Under the pieces are notes generated by a model, which saw only the letters and a program-made list of their open reading frames with translations, did no database searches and was not told where the DNA came from. From contig OZ374563.1 in the NCBI GenBank assembly GCA_977862235.1, forward strand, positions 1,860,001 through 1,924,000: a stretch of DNA of 64,000 nt, in the 5' to 3' direction. The stretch is from Dudresnaya verticillata. Lineage: Eukaryota. Shown here piece after piece: positions 60,989 to 64,000 of the stretch (positions are counted from its first letter, which is position 1; every line of letters starts with the position of its first letter). The translations under genes were made by a program, and so were the position numbers.

Positions 60989-63900
60989 ATGGCCCAAGCC
61001 TCATCTGGGCAGGTTTCGAAAGCAGCAAACGTTCCAGTTCAGAATGACGACGATTTCGGCGATGAGCTGCTTCCCGGAACAAAGCCCGGCGCACGAGTCA
61101 TGCTCACTCTCAACGGGGAAAACGTTGCTACAGCAACCCTGCTACGACCTCATGATTTTAGGGAGGGTGCCGTTGATCCCAGTGGTCGATTCACCACATA
61201 CCTGCACGGGCGCAACCTTGGGCCTCAACAACGTGATGGAGAAGTATGGGTTGTAGTTCACCTCGTGCGATTCCTCCACAACTGCAATTCCTACGAAAAC
61301 CCGTTCCAGTACAAACCAGGCAGTACGCCTTGTCCGGAGACACTGAGTCGAATGCAGACTGGAAAACATGCCTGGGACCTATTCCAGATTGAGGATCTCG
61401 TAACCATCTACGATACAGAGCGCAGAAAAAGCTCAGGTGCGACTGTCTCGGCAGTGGAAAAACGTGCGGTGGCTGACGCTAACCCACCAACACCCCCTCT
61501 GCTCAGGGTTCGCAAATCCGCTCCTCACCCAAAAAAGCAGCATGGTGCGGAAGAAATGGCAGCGGTTAACAGCCCTTCAACACCACCGCCAGAGAAAGTC
61601 AATGAAGAGGAAGATGTCACAAAACTTCTGCAATACACACCTGTACGCCGGCCCCCTATGCGTGAACGACCCCAGAAACCACCCAAGAATAACGTCCCGG
61701 GCGCCTTACCAGTCTCTTCGGCCCCAGTGTCTCTTGAACCCACGACTACACCCTTGGAAGAGAGATCCTCGTGTAGGCGTGACAGACAGAGGCGATGCAG
61801 ATCTGAAACAAAACTCTACTAGTGCTGTCGGATCTATTCCTTCTCGAGGAAAAGGAGCCAGCGACGAAGAGAACTGTATCACGCCCCAGCCATGCCCTGC
61901 ACACAATGTCAGACGTACGCCTGAAAGCAGTTCGGGTTTTAGTAGTGGCGCACCAGAACCCGACCCTGATGCTACCCCGGCGTTGGCCGCGATCACTAAC
62001 ACAAAGGGTGACGTGGAACGAACGCCAGGTGCTGATGGCTCGGAAATAGAGCATGGTGAGGAGCAATCAGATGCTGTGACGTTGGATCTGGTGAGCGACG
62101 CAGAAGTGGAAGGTGGAAGTGATGGAATATTAGAAGACGAAGATACTGGAAGCGACCAGGAAATTGAGGACCTCACCAAGGACGCAGATTACGTGCCAAG
62201 TGCGACAATTGCACGAAGACGCACGGCAGCATATGAGGCTGAACGGGTCCCGCAAACGCCCAGAGTTGCTGAGGATGAGACCAATGGCTCCCGAAAGAGA
62301 AGGTACCGCTTCTACGCAGGACAAAGAAAGAAGTTGAGGGTTGGTGATACTGCATTGCAAAAGCGTCGCAATGCTGCTCTGGAAAGGCTTGATGAAGAAG
62401 ACTGGGGCTCCAAGGAGTGCGGCATGCGGAAGCAATGCTTCAAGAGGGTATCTATTATGTACATGAAAGCCGAGATTCGCAAACTGTTGCGTATGGACGC
62501 CCATGATCGACGAAACTATTTGCACGGGTTGTTGCAGCGCCCGGGATGGAATTATTACTTCGACGGAAAGCCAGTATGCTACACGTTCCTGGAGACGGCG
62601 TTTGGGTTTTCCAGGGACCTGCAATATTCAGTCAAACAGTTTGGTGGAAGCCGGCCTATGGAGGGTGACAATGCCGTGCCGTATCAGCCTCCGAGTGAGG
62701 GCAGGGATAAGATACTAAGTTACCTCAACCGGCTTGCTGAGATAACAGCAAGCTGCATGCCCGACGCAGATGAGAAGCATCTGCCGTACTTTGATAAGGC
62801 TGCGGTCTACGAGAACTTCCTTCTGGACCAGGAGAGACTGTATCCTGGAAAAGACCCGCCTCGACTAAACTACTTCTACCACGTCTGGAAGCAGCACCGC
62901 AGTGACATAAAAGTCCGCAAAATCCAACGCTTCACAAAATGTTCGGAGTGTGAATAATTTCGTGCTGGACTTGCCAGGGCCGGTACAAACCGCAGACTTG
63001 CGGAGCCGTTCCTGCTCCGTAGAAAGGAACACTACAAGCTGGTTACAAAGGAGAGGGTGTACTACAGGGAGAATACGGAAAAAGCTACTTTGTATCCCTC
63101 CGAGTACTGTTCACTGATAATTGATGGCTCGGACCAGAAAGCGTTCGGAGTACCAAAGTTCGTGGTCAGCACGAAGGCTACGCGTGGACATTCCATAGCA
63201 AGCAAAGTTGTGGGCGCATTGGAACACGGTTCATTGAAGCACCTATCCCTGTTCGTCATGACAGGAGAGTTTGAGACTGGCGCAAATCACATAATCGAAA
63301 CAGTCCATCGCCTTCTCACAGTCAAGCATAACCATGGCACTCTGCAGCCTACGCTGTTACTGCAGCTAGACAACTGCACCCGGGAGAACAAAAATAAGTA
63401 CATGCTTTCTTACCTGGAGTGCTTAGTCGCGTGGGGTGTTCTGCATGAAGTGCAGGTTTCCTTTCTCCCAATCGGCCACACCCATTCCGACATCGACCAG
63501 GCCTTCAGTTGCACAAGCAAGAGGGTCCGATCAAAAGACATGCCGACCATGTCTTGCCTTCTCCGCGAACTAAGCATGCAATACACGCGTCGTCCATCGG
63601 TGGCAAGGTTGCTGCAGGTAGCCAACTTTTCCGGGCTGTGTGACAAGTTTGCGTGTATTGGCAAGAATGAAGCATTCTCACACTACAGATTCTTTAGAAT
63701 TACTCGCCAACGTGGGAAGGGAATGGGCAGAAAAGCGAGATTCCGCACGCGATGCCTCGTCAAGATTCAGTGTGGAGATGAGTGGAAACCTCTTGTAACA
63801 GAAGCACGTGGCAACTCTCTCAAACAGGAAGGCTTCATACTATTCACCCCTGACCTCGTTAAGACGCCAGAGACCATAGCGCGATGCCCACCTGATATGA

Positions 63901-64000
63901 AGGAGGTCAATGATCGCATACGTTGCACCGAAGTCCGAGCGCTCAAGGCGTCGCAGATCACCGAACTGGAAAATCTTAGGGATCACGTCTATAGAGATCG
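60989..64000 (+). pseudogene. Sola1/DUF7869-like DDD transposase with N-terminal Tnp1/EnSpm-like domain; frameshift near 61800, TAA at 62955; runs off the window
   Basis: RFTKCSECE; manual in-frame read-through gives CSLIIDGSDQ (D 63123), ETGANHIIE, LLLQLDNCTRENKNKY (D 63369) and SFLPIGHTHSDIDQAFS (D 63489/63495). Confidence 0.8.

Overview
Eukaryotic nuclear DNA, inferred to be from a florideophyte-type red alga (compact, nearly intronless GC-rich genes, a red-algal-style plastid transit peptide, chromovirus-rich intergenic block). It has three parts. (1) 1-12.3 kb: six host genes in three head-to-head pairs: Cys-tRNA ligase, COG5, a PEHE-motif protein, site-2 protease, a putative plastid membrane protein and a Tudor-like protein. 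(2) 13.28-45.62 kb: a nest of LTR retroelements resolved by 5-bp target-site duplications (TSDs). An old minus-strand chromovirus has a 3' LTR that received a full chromovirus and three solo LTRs; two of those solo LTRs received a further solo LTR and a Copia element. Both chromoviruses carry a homologous unknown antisense ORF next to the 3' LTR. (3) 45.6-64 kb: a decayed, apparently mobile DNA segment. It encodes an NLS-ParB/HTH-beta-class N6A/N4C DNA methyltransferase fusion and a Sola1/DUF7869-like DDD transposase that share a ~100-aa domain, along with small orphan ORFs and captured host fragments (RING-H2 ligase, intron-containing proteasome beta-4 pseudogene). All family calls rest on motif recognition by eye; no database searches were run.
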